NCBI RefSeq assembly: GCF_963921235.1
Contig: NC_086098.1
Coordinates: 6,014,001 to 6,078,000 of the forward strand
Direction of reading: 5' to 3'
Origin: Mobula hypostoma
Taxonomy: Eukaryota
DNA: 64,000 nucleotides
Shown here: piece by piece, positions 20,823 through 34,090 of the stretch
Numbering within the stretch: the first letter of the stretch is position 1
How the letters are laid out: every line of letters starts with the position of its first letter
Program-made: the position numbers and the translations under genes
The notes under the pieces: model-generated
Databases searched by the model: none
The model's input: only the letters and a program-made list of their open reading frames with translations
What the model was told of the DNA's origin: nothing

Positions 20823-23544
20823 AATATGTCACTATATACCACCCTGAGATTCACTTCCTTGTGGGCATTCATAATAGAGCAAAAAATAAGATATAGGAGC
20901 AGATTTAGGCCATTCGGCCCATCGAGCCTGCTCCACCATTTCATCATGGCTGATCCATTTTCCTCTCAGCCCCAATCTCCTGCCTTCTGCACGTATTCCT
21001 CTACTCCATGACTAATGAAGGCTCAATATTACACAATCAATAAAAAACTACACACAAAGACTGATAAACGATTAATGCAGAAAAGAAGAAAATTTGTGCA
21101 AATACAAATAAATAAAATTGAGAACATGAGTTGTAGAGGCTTTGAAAGTGAGTCCACAGTTCAGTGTTGAGGTGGTTCACAAGTCTGATGGTTGAGGGGT
21201 AAAAATTGTTCCTGACCGTGGTGGTGTGGGACCTGTGCCTCCTGTACCTCCTTCTTCATGGCAGCAGTGAGAAGGTAGCATCGCCTGGGTCTTCCTGGGA
21301 ATGCTTCTTACCTGATGTATGTGCCTGTGATACTGCTGCACGTTTTTCATTGCACACGTGCAGACATGTATTTGTGCATTTGACAATAAATTCAACTTTG
21401 ATATCCAAGTTGCTCATGTAAAAAGAAATTGAATCTATACAGAGCAAAGTATAACACTGCTAATGGCAAAGAAAAACATCTTCCTTCTCCATTAGCAATG
21501 ATAAAATGCCTGCTTCTAAATAGGAATTTTGACATGTCTGCATTCTAAACTGCACAAGTTCCTCACATAAACAAAAGACAGGAGACAACAGAATCGTATC
21601 CCTACCGTACCTAGTGTAGGACACTCAGCTTTGGGAAGGGTGGCAAAGCTTTGGAGAGGAAGCAAAATGAAGTCACTGAGGTTGGCAAAAGCCATGAAAG
21701 GCTAATGCCCAGAAATGAGAGAAACAGCAACAGATTGTATTGAATCAAGAGACTGCTGCTAGAGTTCTGTAATATCTTGAAGAGATCTGTTCGAGCAAAA
21801 GGAAAAACAACTATATTTCCAATGATAAGTGAATCAATAAGTACACAGTTTATATATAAGATCATTGCCTAAAGGTCAGGAGATAATACTCCAAATGCAG
21901 CCTAACAACGGTTTCATAAAGCTGCAACATAACTTCCTGCAATTAACCCTGTATTCTGCCTTCAAGCTTCACCTTCCAAAGTGCATCATTTCACACTTTC
22001 CTCCAACTGCCAATTCTCTGCCCAACTCTGCACCTGGTCAATATCCCACTGTAACCTAGTACAACCTTCTGCACTGTCCACAACACCACCAACCTCTAAC
22101 CTAGTACTGGTGGGAAGGTGGGAGATGGCTTTCCTGAAGATCGAGCTTGCAACTATCAGATCTGACAGCTACTTAAGCATGGGATGTGGTGAATGCCAGC
22201 ATCATACCACTTGACACAGGTTATAGGTTAACGGTGAAGGGTGAAATATTTCAGGGGAACCTGAGGGGAGTTTCTTTACTCAAAGGATGGTGAGAGTGTG
22301 AAATGAGCTACCAGTGGATGTGGTTGATGTGATTTTGATTTCAAAGTTGAAGAGAAGTTTGGATAGGTACATAAATGGGAGGGGTATGGAGGGCTGTTTT
22401 CTGGGTGCAGGCCGATGGTGGTGTATCACTATGACCAGATAACAAATATTCCAGCGATGACAGTAACATATGAAACAGTCAGATCCAGTGGCACGACACC
22501 TGCTGCGGAAAAAATAAAGAATCACTTATACTCCAATTACTAAAAAAAAATCACAGAACAATGACACGTGTATGGGGAATTATATAAGAATACGAACAAG
22601 TATAGAATAATAATTAGTTTACACTCTAATCCAACAAGGCCAAGAAATAATTTTGCTGAGAAACTGAATTTTGCATCAGAATTAGCTGTCTTAAAAATTG
22701 CATAGGTTTAGAAAGTAACTCTGGCTCTTTCCACCTGCCTGTTCCCAATATTGGGGTACTTTTCTTACTGCCTGTTATGCCAGTGACACTTAGGACAGCA
22801 ACAAAGGTCCTCCATTTCTGTCTGTGCATACCATCAACACAGGTAATGGAGAATTCTTCATTTACAAAATGCTGGAAGAATTTGGAACTATGTGTTGCTT
22901 GGATTTCCGGCATCTGCAGATTTTCTCTTGCTTGAGGATTCTTCATTCTTCTTTCCATATCAGTTTTGTTTTACCAGTCAGGGCTGTTAGTTTTGAGCTG
23001 AATCACTGATCCTGGAGGACCAGTGCACCACTCTTAGTCTGTCCTTTACCCTTTGACCTGCTTGGCATGAGTGACGCAACCAAGAGCCAAACCACAGGGC
23101 CCTGACTCAAGCCAACATAGCTCTCCAAGTCACTGAGGCATGCAAGCCTCCAATCTGTACATATGGTTGTGGCCCTTTTGAAGGAATACTGGGATCATCC
23201 CATCCAAAAAGGCCACTTTGGTCCTTTTGCCAGTGAGCCATGTGCTCAGTGTAAATATGTGGGGTCAGCAGTGTCAGCTGGAGAAAGTAGGGTGAGTTAT
23301 GCTTTGTAACCCTAAAACATAAACTACTTGAAAGAATAACATGGAGCCAGGATATGCATGCCTTAGTTTCATTTACTTTTAGCGAGGCGTGCATTTAAGA
23401 CGTGGCTGAGTAATAACGCGTTCGTTTACATATAACCGGTAATTAATTATAGAAAAACAAAGAATGCTCAATCAAATAATATATTTTCAAGAATAATAAG
23501 AAGGTCCCCTGCACATCTTTATTCTGTCAACTTCCCCTTTTACT

Positions 23545-23670
23545 TCCAGTCTTGATGAAAGGTTTCAGCCTGAAACAGTTCCGTTGATGCTGCCTGACCT
23601 GCTGAATTCCTCCAACATTTTGCGTGTGCTGCTCTGGACTTCCAGCAATGCAGGATCTTGTGTGTTCTGT
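23545..23670 (+). mobile_element. Penelope-like element 3' terminal repeat with decayed hammerhead
   Basis: CCAGTC-TTGATGA-AAGGTTTCAGCCT-GAAAC..GATGCTGCCTGACCTGCTGAATTCCTCCAAC; same family as 25284, 35063 and 39785. Confidence 0.7.
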
Positions 23671-24508
23671 AAACAAAAGAGGTGGTTCAACATCAGTGAA
23701 TAAAAGCATTGCAGTGGTTATTCTTTTCTGTTGTTTAAAAATACCGAAGGGACAAGCAGGGCGGCCATTGTTGGGAGTAGGCTGGTTGTGAGAGTGGGAA
23801 AATCAAGTTTTGACACAAGGGGGGCTTCGGCTCGGAAGAGGCATTGGCTCTGGGGAAGCTTCGGTTAAGGTTCCCTTTTCTTCGCTCTTACTGTAGTGTG
23901 GTAAATGGCTGCTGTGTGTTCTTCATGCCGAATGTTGGAGTCCCAGGAGACCCAGAGTCTCCCAGGGAAATATATCTACGTGAACTGCATCCAGCCGCAG
24001 CTCCTCGAAGACCAGGTAAGGGATCTTCAGCAGCAGCTGGATGACCTTTGTTTTTTTTTGGGAGAGTGAGGAGATAATCGATCGGAGTTACAGGGAAGAA
24101 ATCATCCTGAAGTTGCAGGAGGCGAGTAGCTGGGTGACTTTCAGGAGAAATGGAACTGTAACAGGCAGTTATCACAGAGCATCCCTGTGGCCATTCCACT
24201 CAATAATAAGCAGACTGCTTTGGATACCGTTGTGGGGGAAGACCTCGAAGTGGAATGCCGCGGAGACCAGGTTACTAGAAATGAGCATCGGTGTCGTGGT
24301 GCAGAGGGAAAGAGGGAGAAGAGGGGAGCGGTAGTGATAGGGGCCTCAATAGTGAGGGGAACAGATAGGAGATTCCATCGACGTTATCGGGACACCCGAA
24401 TGGTATGTTGCCTCCCTGGTGCCAGGGTCAGGGTCATCTCAGATTGTGACCACTGCATTTTGGAGTGAGAAGGAGAGTAGCCAGTTGTCTTGGAACCTAT
24501 TGATACCA

Positions 24509-24872
24509 AGGATGAGAGGTAACCTAATAGAGGTGTACAAGATAATAAGAAGCATTGATCGTGTGGATAGTCAGAGGCTTTTCCCCAGGGCTGAAATGGC
24601 TAGCACGAGAGGGCACAGTTTTAAGGTGCTTGGAAATAGGTACAGAGGAGATGTCAGGGGTAAGTCTTTTATGCAGAGAGTGGTGAGTGCGTGGAACGGG
24701 CTGCCGGCGATGGTGGTGGAGGCAGATACGATAGGGTCTTTTAAGAGACTCCTGGATGGCTACACGGAGCTTAGAAAAATAGAGGGCTATGGGTAAGCCT
24801 AGGTAGTCCTAAAGTAGGGACATGTTCAGCACAGCTTTGTGGGTATTGTGCTGTAGGTTTTCTATGTTTCTA
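24509..24872 (+). mobile_element. CR1 3' fragment inserted in ORF1 of the older CR1
   Basis: MRGNLIEVYKI..RGHSFKV..WNGLP and TTTCTATGTTTCTAT tail; host frame resumes after it. Confidence 0.85.
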
Positions 24873-25283
24873 TGACGTAAGAAGGAAAAGCAAAGAGGTC
24901 CTGAAAAGAGAATATAGAGAGCTAGGTAGGAGACTGAGAAGCAGGACTCCGGGGTAGTAATTTCTGGATTGCTGTCTGTGCCATGCGTAGCTGAGAAGTT
25001 GGCGCAGGGAGAAGGGTTTCAGGTTCTTGGACCCGGGGGAGGTGTGACCTGTTCAAAAGTGATGGATTGCACCTGAACCCAAGGGGGACAAATATTCTTG
25101 CGGTCAGATTCATTAGAATAGTTGGGGAGGGTTTAAACTAATTTGGTAGGGGATAGGAACGGGAGTGAAGGTACTCAGGATAGGACAAATGGTAAAAAAA
25201 GCAAAGATAGCCTGCAGTCTGACTGTCAGGAACGTTAGGCAGATGTTAGGACAAAATTGCAGCCAGCAGGTGAGTATCAGTGC

Positions 25284-25507
25284 AACACTCACAACAAGCT
25301 GGAGGAACTCAGCAGGTCGGGCAGCATCCGTGGAAAAGATCGGTCGACGTTTCGGGCCGGAACCCTTAGTCAGGTCTTGACAGTCCTGACCAAGGGTTCT
25401 GGCCCGAAACATTGACTGATCTTTTCCACGGATGCTGCCCGACCTGTTGAGTTCCTCCAGCTTGTAGTGAGTGTTGCTTTGACCTCAGCATCTGCAGATT
25501 ATTTTGT
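25284..25507. mobile_element. Fold-back (inverted) Penelope-like terminal repeat with two hammerhead-like cores and 15-bp TSD
   Basis: TSD GGTGAGTATCAGTGC at 25269-25283 and 25508-25522; ~90-bp inverted arms; CTGAnnA..GAAAC cores on both strands. Confidence 0.85.
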
Positions 25508-27914
25508 GGTGAGTATCAGTGCGTTAGGGATGCAGAATCAAAAAGGGTAGCAATTACAGAACTCAAAGTGTTCTATCTCAGTGCACGGAGTACAAGAAAT
25601 AAGGTGGATGATCTTATTGCACTATTACAGAATGCCAGGTATGATGTTGTGGCTATCACTAAATCGTGGCTGAAGGATTATTGTATTTGGGAACTGAATG
25701 TCCAAGGTTACACGCTGTATTAGAGGGATAGGACAGTAGACTGAGGGGGTGACGTGGTTCTGCTGGTAAAGAATAACTTCAAATCAGTAGAAAGATGTGA
25801 AGTAGGATCTGAAGATGTTGAATCCTTGTGGGTTAGTTAAGAAACTGCGAGGATAAAAAGACCCTGATGCAGTTATATACAGGCCTCCCAACAGTAGCTT
25901 GGATGTGGATTACAGATGACAATGGGAAATAGAAAAAGCCATATCAAAAGGCCACTGTTATGATAGTCATGGGAGATATCAACATGCAGTTCAATTAGGC
26001 AATTCAGGTTGATAATGGATCTTAAGAGAGTGAGTTTGTTGAATGCCTACAAGATGGCTTTTTAGAGCAGTTTATCATTGAGCCCACTAAGGGATCAGCT
26101 AAACTGGATTGGGTGTTATGTAATGAGCCAGAAGGGGTTAGGGAACCTAAGGTAAAAGAACTCTTAGGTGACAGTGATTACAATATGATTGAGTTCAACT
26201 TGAATTTTGATAGGGAAAAAGTAAAGTCTGATGTAGCAGGATTTCAGTGCAGTAAAGGAAATTACAGTGATATGAGAGGGGAGTTGGCCAAAGTAGATTG
26301 GAAGGAGATGCTGACAGGGATGACAGTAGAGCCACAGTGGTGTGAGTTTCTGGGAAAAATGAGGAAGATGCATGATAGAAGTATTCCATGCATGAAGAAA
26401 TACACATGAAGAAATAGTCCAGCTGTGGCTGACAAGTGAAGTCAAAGCTAGTGTTGAAATGAAAGAGAGAGCATACAACAACGCAAAAATTAGTGGTAAA
26501 ACCAAAGATTGGGAAACATTTAAAAACCTACAGAGAGCAACTAAAAGAATCATTAGGAGGGAAGAGATGAAATATGAAAGCAAGCTAGCAAACAACATCA
26601 AAGTGGATAGTAAAATCTTTTTCAAGGATGTAAAAAATAAAAGTGATGAGAGTGGATTTAGGAACGCTAGAAAATGAGGCTGGAAAAATAATAATGGGGG
26701 CCATGGAGATGGCAGAAGAACTAAATGAGTATTTTACATCAGTCTTCACCATGGAAGAGACTAACAGTGTGCCAGATGTTAAAGGGTGTGATGGAAGAGA
26801 GGTGAGTGCAGTTACTGTTACAAGGGAGAAGGTACTCAAAAAGCTGAACGTCCTAAGGGTGTCACAGGGACTAGATGAACTGTACCCTAGAGTTCCAAAA
26901 GAGGTGGTGGAGGAGATTGTGGAGGCATTAGTAATAATCTTTCAAAAATCTTTGGCCTTGGCATGGTGCCAGAGGATGAGAAATTTGGTAATGGCACTCC
27001 AGTCTTTAAGAAAGGAGGGAGGCAATTGTTAAGGATGAGGTTATGGAGAACTTGGTGACACAGGACAAGATAGGACAAGTTAAGAGGCTATGGTATTATG
27101 GGAACGTCACTGGCATAGTTAGAGCATTGGCTGATTGGTAGGAGGCAGCAAGTAGGAATAAAAGGATCCTTTTCTGGTTGGCTGCCAGTGACTAGTGGTG
27201 TTCTACAGGGGTCGGTGTTGGGACCACTTCTTTTTTTGCTGTACATCAGTGATTTAGATGATGGAATATTTGGCTTTGTTGCCAAGTTTACAAATGATAC
27301 AAAGACTGTTGGAGGGACAGGCAGTGTTGAAGAAACAAGTAGGCTGCAGAAGGACTTCGACAGATTAAGCTCCTCATCAAAGAAAAGATGTGCTGGCATT
27401 GGAGAGGGTTCAGAGGAGGTTCACAAGGTTGATTTTGGGAATGAAAACATTATCCCACAAAGAACGTTTGATAAATCTGAGTCTGATCTCACTGGAATGT
27501 AGAAGGATGCGGGGCGGGGGCGGGGGTGGATCTCATTGAAACCTTTCATATGTTGAAAAGCCTAGACAGAGTAGATGTGAAAAGGATGTTTCCCATGGTG
27601 GGGGAATCTAGGATAAGAGGGCACAGCCTCAAGATAGGGGGCATCCATTTAAAACAGATATGCGGAGAAATTTCTTTAGCCAAAGGTTGACGAACTTGTG
27701 GAATTCATTACTACAGGCAGCTGTGAAGGCCAGGTCATTGGGTAAATTTATGGCAGAGTTTGATAGGTTCCTGATTGGACATAGCATCAAAGGTTAAGGG
27801 GAGAAAGTTATGGAGTGGAGCTGAGGAAGGAAAACAAGGATTAACCTGGATGAAATGGTGGAGCAGACTTGATGGGCCTAATGGCCTAATTCTACTCCTA
27901 TGTTTTATAGTCTT

Positions 27915-28108
27915 TAGATTAGATTAGATTCAACTTTATTGTCATTGTGCCGAGTACAGATACAAAGCCAATGAAATGCAATTAGCATCTGACCAGAAGT
28001 GCAAAAGAATAGTATTATTTACAAAATAATTGCGAATAAAAAGTAAGTGCTACAGTATACAAATATAAAAGTACTGAGACAGTCCAATATGGGTGCAATA
28101 CTGCTTAG
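27915..28108 (-). mobile_element. Rex1/Babar-like 3' tail
   Basis: Minus strand ends TGACAATAAAGTTG-(AATCT)n. Confidence 0.55.
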
Positions 28109-28388
28109 TTCTTATGGTTCGTATCGAGAAAAACGAAATCTCATCACATTAGAATCTGTAGAAAGCAAAAAAATCAGTGGCTTTATTAATATTTAGTACA
28201 AACAATCATAGTCAGCATTCTGACAAGGACTGTTCAAAAATATTGCTATTTTGTTATGTCAATGCAAGCCTTTTTTTGTATCTAATCTCTGGTATTACTG
28301 TACTAGCTTATCTCTTCACCTCTGCAGTATATATATCCAGATCATATTTTTGGCACGCTATTCTATCATGGAACCTATAAAGTTGTCA

Positions 28389-28761
28389 TTAGCATTATGT
28401 GCCGTGTCTTATTACATGGGTGGGTGATCATGGTCTTTCCATAAAAATGATGGCAAATTCTCCTACAGAGGTGTTTCGCCATTATCTTCTTTTAGCAGTA
28501 TATTACAAGATGGGTGACCCCAGCCATTATCAATGCCCTTCGGAAATTGTCTGCCTGGCGTCAATGGTCGCACAGCCAGGACTTGTGATGTGCACCAGCT
28601 GCTCATACCACCATCCACTACCTGCTCCCATGGCTTCACATGACCCTAATTTGGGGGGGTGGGGTGCTAAGTTGGTGCTACATCTTGTTCAAGGGTGACC
28701 TGCAGGCTAGCGGAGGGAAGGCATGTCTTACACCTCGTTTAGTAGAGACGTATCTCCACCC
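28389..28761 (-). mobile_element. Short non-autonomous RTE-type retroelement
   Basis: Imperfect TSD AAA(T)GTTGTCA on both sides; RTE-like 3' end ..GACCATGATCACCC..ACGGCACATAATGCTAATGA; no ORF. Confidence 0.6.
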
Positions 28762-29721
28762 AAATGTTGTCAGCATATTCGTCATGCTCTTCCGATCTCC
28801 TCTGATTGGAATTTGCCACATGTATCTTACACCTTCTGTACTAATTCACCGACACTGATTTATTAAGGATATTGGAGGTTTTCTCACTTTCTATGTTTCA
28901 AATCACATTCAGAACTCTAGGGCTAAAATAAACAATATGTTTTTACATTTATTTGTATATTCGTTTAACAAAAGTCACAGAGAATCAGTTTTCTGCCAAG
29001 AACAGCCAATTGATTCTCTCAAAAATGGTAAATTTACAGTGTGCAATTCAGCAATGATGTGTCAAAACACTGCAGAAATAAACCTAGCATAGAGAGCACT
29101 CAGTTATAACTCTAAATTCTGAGAATAAAATGTACTCATCAGAGAATTGCTGTATTTGGCAGCTGTTGAAAATCCTAAAACATTAGCACTGTGAAATAAA
29201 AAGAATCAATTATTTTAAAATCAACATTGTGACTTACAGAAATAATGAATCTGCTTCTTAAGTAGGCATAGGCTTGCCGAACATTGATTTTTATTGATCT
29301 TGGTTATATTTAATTTCTTCTATTGATTTTTTAAAATCTTGTGTTCAGGTGCATTGTGTGAATGCAAAAATGCAAACACACAAAATAAAACAACACAAAC
29401 AGTCTCTTAATTATTCATAAAGCAAAGAATTGCATAATATTGGTATCTTTAGAAAACAAACAGATCACTGACTTCTTTAATAATTAGTATGAAAGATTAT
29501 AGCTGGCATCCTGACAGGCTCTGATCTGACAATCTTACTACAGTAGTGTAATAGTATCACCAATTTGTTTCACAATAACAAATAACCAGCAACTAAATGA
29601 TAATAACAGTGTTCGAAATTCTGGCTTGCCATTAAGATACTAATAAGACCATAAGACATAAGAGCAGAATTCAACCATTCGGCCCATTGTGTCAATTCTA
29701 CCCTTCCATCAGGGCGCTATA

Positions 29722-32055
29722 TTATAGAAACATAGAAACATAGAAAATAGGTGCAGGAGTAGGTCATTCAGCCCTTTGAGACTGCACCGCCATTCAGTAT
29801 GATCATGGCTGATCATCCAACTCAGAACCCTGTACCTGCCTTCTGTCCATACCCCCAATCCATTTAGCCACAAGGGTCATATATAACTCCCTCTTAAATA
29901 TAGCCAATGAACTGGCCTCAACTGTTTCCTGTGGCAGAGAATTCCACAGATTCACCACTCTCTGTGTGAAGAAGTTTTTCCTCATCTCGGTCCTAAAAGG
30001 CTTCCCCTTTATCCTTAAATTGTGACCCCTCGTTCTGGACTTCCCCAGCATCGGGAACAATCTTCCTGCATCTGGCCTGTCCAATCCTTTTAGGATTTTA
30101 TACGTTTCAATAAGATCCCCCCTCAATCTTCTAAATTCCAGCGAGTATAAGCCTAGTCAATCCAGTCTTTCATCATATGAAAATCCTGCCATCCCAGGAA
30201 TCAATCTGGTGAACCTTCTCTGTACTCCCTCTATGGTAAGAGTGTCTTTCCTCAAATTAGGGGACCAGAACTGCACACAATACTCCAGGTGTGGTCTCAC
30301 CAAGGCCTTGTACAACTGCAGTAGTACCTCCCTGCTCCTGTACTCAAATCCTCTTGCTATAAATGCCAGCATACCATTTGCCTTTTTCACCGCCTGCTGT
30401 ACCTGCATGCCCACTTTCAATGACTGGTGTATAATGACACCCAGGTCTCGTTGCACCTCCCCTTTTCCTAATCGGCCACCATTCAGATAATAATCTGTTT
30501 TCCTGATTTTGCCACCAAAGTGGATAACTTCACATTTATCCACATTAAATTGCATCTGCCATGAATTTGCCCACTCACCCAACCTATCCAAGTCACCCTG
30601 CATCCTCTTAGCATCCTCCTCACAGCTAACACTGCCGCCCAGCTTCGTGTCATCCGCTAACTTGGAGATGCTGCATTTAATTCCCTCATCCAAGTCATTA
30701 ATATATATTGTAAACAACTGGGGTCCCAGCACTGAGCCTTGCGGTACCCCACTAGTCACTGCCTGCCATTCTGAAAAGGTCCCGTTTATTCCCACTCTTT
30801 GCTTCCTGTCTGCCAACCAATTCTCTATCCACATCAATACCTTACCCCCAATATCGTGCGCTTTAAGTTTGTACACTAATCTCCTGTGTGGGACCTTGTC
30901 AAAAGCCTTTTGAAAATCCAAATATACCACATCCACTGGTTCTCCCCTATCCACTCTACTAGTTACATCCTCAAAAAATTCTATGAGATTCATCAGACAT
31001 GATCTTCCTTTCACAAATCCATGCTGACTTTGTCCGATGATTTCACCGCTTTCCAAATGTGCTGTTATCACATCTTTGATAACTGACTCTAGCATTTTCC
31101 CCACCACCGATGTTAGGCTAACCGGTCTATAATTCCCCGGTTTCTCTCTCCCTCCTTTTTTTAAAAGAGGGGTTACATTAACCACCCTCCAATCCTCAGG
31201 AACTAATCCAGAATCTAAAGAGTTTTGATCAATTATCACTTTATCACTAATGCATCCACTATTTCTTGGGCTACTTCCTTAAGCACTCTGGGATGCAGAC
31301 CATCTGGCCCTGGGGATTTATCTGCCTTCAATCCCTTCAATTTACCTAACATCACTTCCCTGCCAACATGTATTTCCCTCAGTTTCTCCATCTCACTAGA
31401 CCCTCGGTCCCCTACTATTTCCGGAAGTTTATTTATGTCCTCCTTAGTGAAGACAGAACCAAAGTAGTTATTCAATTAGTCTGCCATGACCTTGCTCCCC
31501 ATGATCAATTCACCTGTTTCTGACTGTAAGAGACCTACATTTGTCTTAACCAATCTTTTTCTTTTCACATAACTATAAAAGCTTTTACAGTTAGTTTTTA
31601 TGTTCCCTGCCAGTTTTCTCTCATAATCTTTGTTCCCCTTCCTAATTAAGCCCTTTGTCTTCCTCTGCTGAACTCTGAATTTCTCCCAGTCCTCAGGTGA
31701 GCCGCTTTTTCTGGCTAATTTGTATGTTTCTTCTTTGGAATTGATACTATCCCCAATTTCCCTTGTCAGCCACAGGTGCACTACCTTCCCTGGTTTATTC
31801 TTTTGCCAAACTGGGATGAACAATTGTTGTAGTTTATCCATGCAATCTTTAAATGCTTGCCATTGCATATGCACCGTCAACCCTTTAAGTGTCATTTGCC
31901 AGTCTATCTTAGTTAATTCACGTCTCATACCTTCAAAGTTACCCCTCTTTAAGTTCAGAACCTTTGTTTCTGAATTAACTATGTCACTCTCCATCTTAAT
32001 GAAGAATTCCACCATAGTATGGTCACTCTTACCCAAGGGGCCTCTTACGACAAGA
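29722..32055 (-). mobile_element. CR1 LINE related to the young subfamily, with stop/frameshift
   Basis: ORFs 31476..32036, 31236..31475, 30157..31239 and 29803..30126; (TTCTATGT)n tail; inserted into an older CR1 3' end (29645-29715 / 32056-33065). Confidence 0.92.
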
Positions 32056-32303
32056 TCTCTCTCGACACCATTCTCTTACCTTTCCCCCATAACTTTTGAT
32101 GCCCTTTCTAGTCAATAACCTATCAATCTCCACATTCAATATACTCCATGACTTGGCATCTACAGCCGTCCGTGGCAAAATATTCTACAGGTTCACCACC
32201 CTCTGGTTAAAGCAATGCCTCCTCTTCTCTGCTCTAAATGGACATGCCTCTATTCTGAGGTTGTACCCTCTGGATCTAGATTCCCCCACTATAGGAAACA
32301 TCC

Positions 32304-32985
32304 GAGGAGGAGGAGGAGAAGATGGTGGCGCGACACAGCTTGCACGGCCACTCCGGTGAATGATATCTGTAATCTGTTAAGTAGGGTGCCGTGCACAATC
32401 CTGATTTGATGGAGACAGACGTGAGAGAATGGAGGAACATCTGGAGAAACTTCTGAAATGCCTCCTTCGCTTCCGCTGCTACTGTGTGATCCAGAATCTC
32501 CGGAGGGGAAGGCCCCGAGTCCTCGGCTTTTCTTGTTGCTCCGTGGCTGGGACGGGGTCGAAGCGCTCGGCAGAGATGGTGCTCGGTGCTCGGTGTCGAA
32601 GGGCTGGTCGGAGGCTTGAAGTTTTTGGACCGACTCAGAGTCGGCTGCGGTCGGGTGCTTCCAATGCATCAACAGTTGTTGGTGCCTGGAGGTTTATGAC
32701 AGGGAGAGCTTCTCCCTTCTGCCGCCTGCTATCGGGACTATTGGGAGTCAATCGGAACACTGAGACTTTTTTTTACCATTCCCATGGTCTGTTCTTTATC
32801 AAATTAAGGTATTGCTTTGCACTGCTGTAGCTATATGTTATAATTATGTGGTCTTGTCAGTGTTAGTCTTTGGTTTGTCCTGTTTTTTTTTGATATCACT
32901 CTGGAGGAACATTGTATCATTTCTTAATGCATGCATTTCTAAATGACAATAAACGAGGACTGAGTGTCCTCATAATCTAATCTAA
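32304..32985 (+). mobile_element. Short non-autonomous LINE derivative (GC-rich head, Rex1-type tail)
   Basis: Interrupts CR1 sequence GGAAACATCC|TCTCCCC; starts GAGGAGAAGATGGTGGCGCG; ends TGACAATAAA..(AATCT)n. Confidence 0.65.
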
Positions 32986-33354
32986 TCCTCTCCCCATCCA
33001 CTCTATCTTGGCCTTTCAACATTCCATAAGTATCATTTTTACTAACTCCAGTGAGTACAGACCTAGAGCAAAGCAGCCAATAATATTCAAGAATTATAGA
33101 TATTTTCTATCAACCTAAAGCTTATTATTTTAATTTTTTTGTGTCTGAGATCTCAACCTAAAATCTTTGCTTAGTAATTGGAATGACCATTTTGAGTATT
33201 TGGAGCTGGGAGGAACTTTGGGGTGCTAACATTTAACTGTCAGTCATTCTTTGGGGTCACTTCTCTGTTTTCGTGATTGTTTGTGAAGAAAAAGCATTTC
33301 AGGATGTATATTGTATGCATTTTTCTGACGTTAAATGTACCTTTGAAACCAAGT

Positions 33355-33790
33355 TTGGACAAATGACAAGTTCTATGGACTTGATTCTTTGGAGCACAGG
33401 AAATGAGGGGAGATTTATAGAGGTATACAAAATTATGAGGGATACAGATAGGGTAAATGCAAGCAGGTTTTTTCCACTGAGGTTGGGTGAGACTAGAACT
33501 GGAGATCATAGGTTAAGGGTGAAAGGTGAAATGTTTAAGGAGAACCAGAGGGGGATCTTCTTCTCTCAGAGAGTGGTGAGAGTGTGAAACGAGCTGCCAG
33601 TTGAAGTGGCGGATGCAGATTCAGTGTAACATTGAAGAGAAGTTTGGATAAGTACATGGATGGGAAGGGTATGGGGGACTGCAGCCCAGGTCCAGCTACA
33701 GGTTTATGTGACCAAGCAGAAGACTAGGCCGGAATGGACTAAATTGGCTCTCAAGCTGTTTCAGTGCTGTGGGGTTATATGAATCTATTA
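33355..33790 (+). mobile_element. CR1 3' fragment
   Basis: IEVYKIMRDTDRVNASRFFPLR..FFSQRVVRV. Confidence 0.8.
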
Positions 33791-33799
33791 CTTTATCGG

Positions 33800-34090
33800 A
33801 TTTTGGGAGCAACATTGCATACAGTGAAATACATTGATTTGCATCAATGACCAGCACATCTGAGAAAGCGCTGGGTATAGCCCACAGGCGAAGCCATGCT
33901 TCCAGCACCAACATAGCATTGCCACAATTTACTTAGCCTCGTAGAATTTGGAAGAAATTGGAGTAGCCGGAGGAAACCTATGTGGGAGAATATGCAAATT
34001 CCTTACAGTGGCAGGAATTGAATGCTGATCAATTTCCCCGATCGATTGAACAGCAGCCACTGCAAAGCATTGAGCTTACTGATACGCTAC
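33800..34090 (-). mobile_element. Decayed tRNA-derived V-SINE-like element
   Basis: Minus strand GGTAGCGTA.. head, TTCAATTCC B-box-like, TTTGCATATTCTCCC..GGTTTCCTCCGG V-domain-like. Confidence 0.55.

Larger units (their letters stand above)
18412..21315 (-). mobile_element. Rex1/Babar-like 3' end split by CR1 insertions
   Basis: 18412-18452 joined to 20823 onward resembles the unsplit copy at 53295-53805 (TTTATTATCAAAG..ATATGTCACCATATACAACCCTGAGATTCA). Confidence 0.65.
23760..27912 (+). mobile_element. Near full-length degenerate CR1 (5' UTR, ORF1 zinc finger/coiled coil + SGNH esterase, ORF2 with deletions)
   Basis: MAAVCSSCRM..QLLEDQVRDLQQQLDDL; AVVIGASIVRGTDRRF..MVCCLPGARV; ORF2 pieces 26113.., 26643.., 27188..; CR1 3' UTR. 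Confidence 0.85.
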
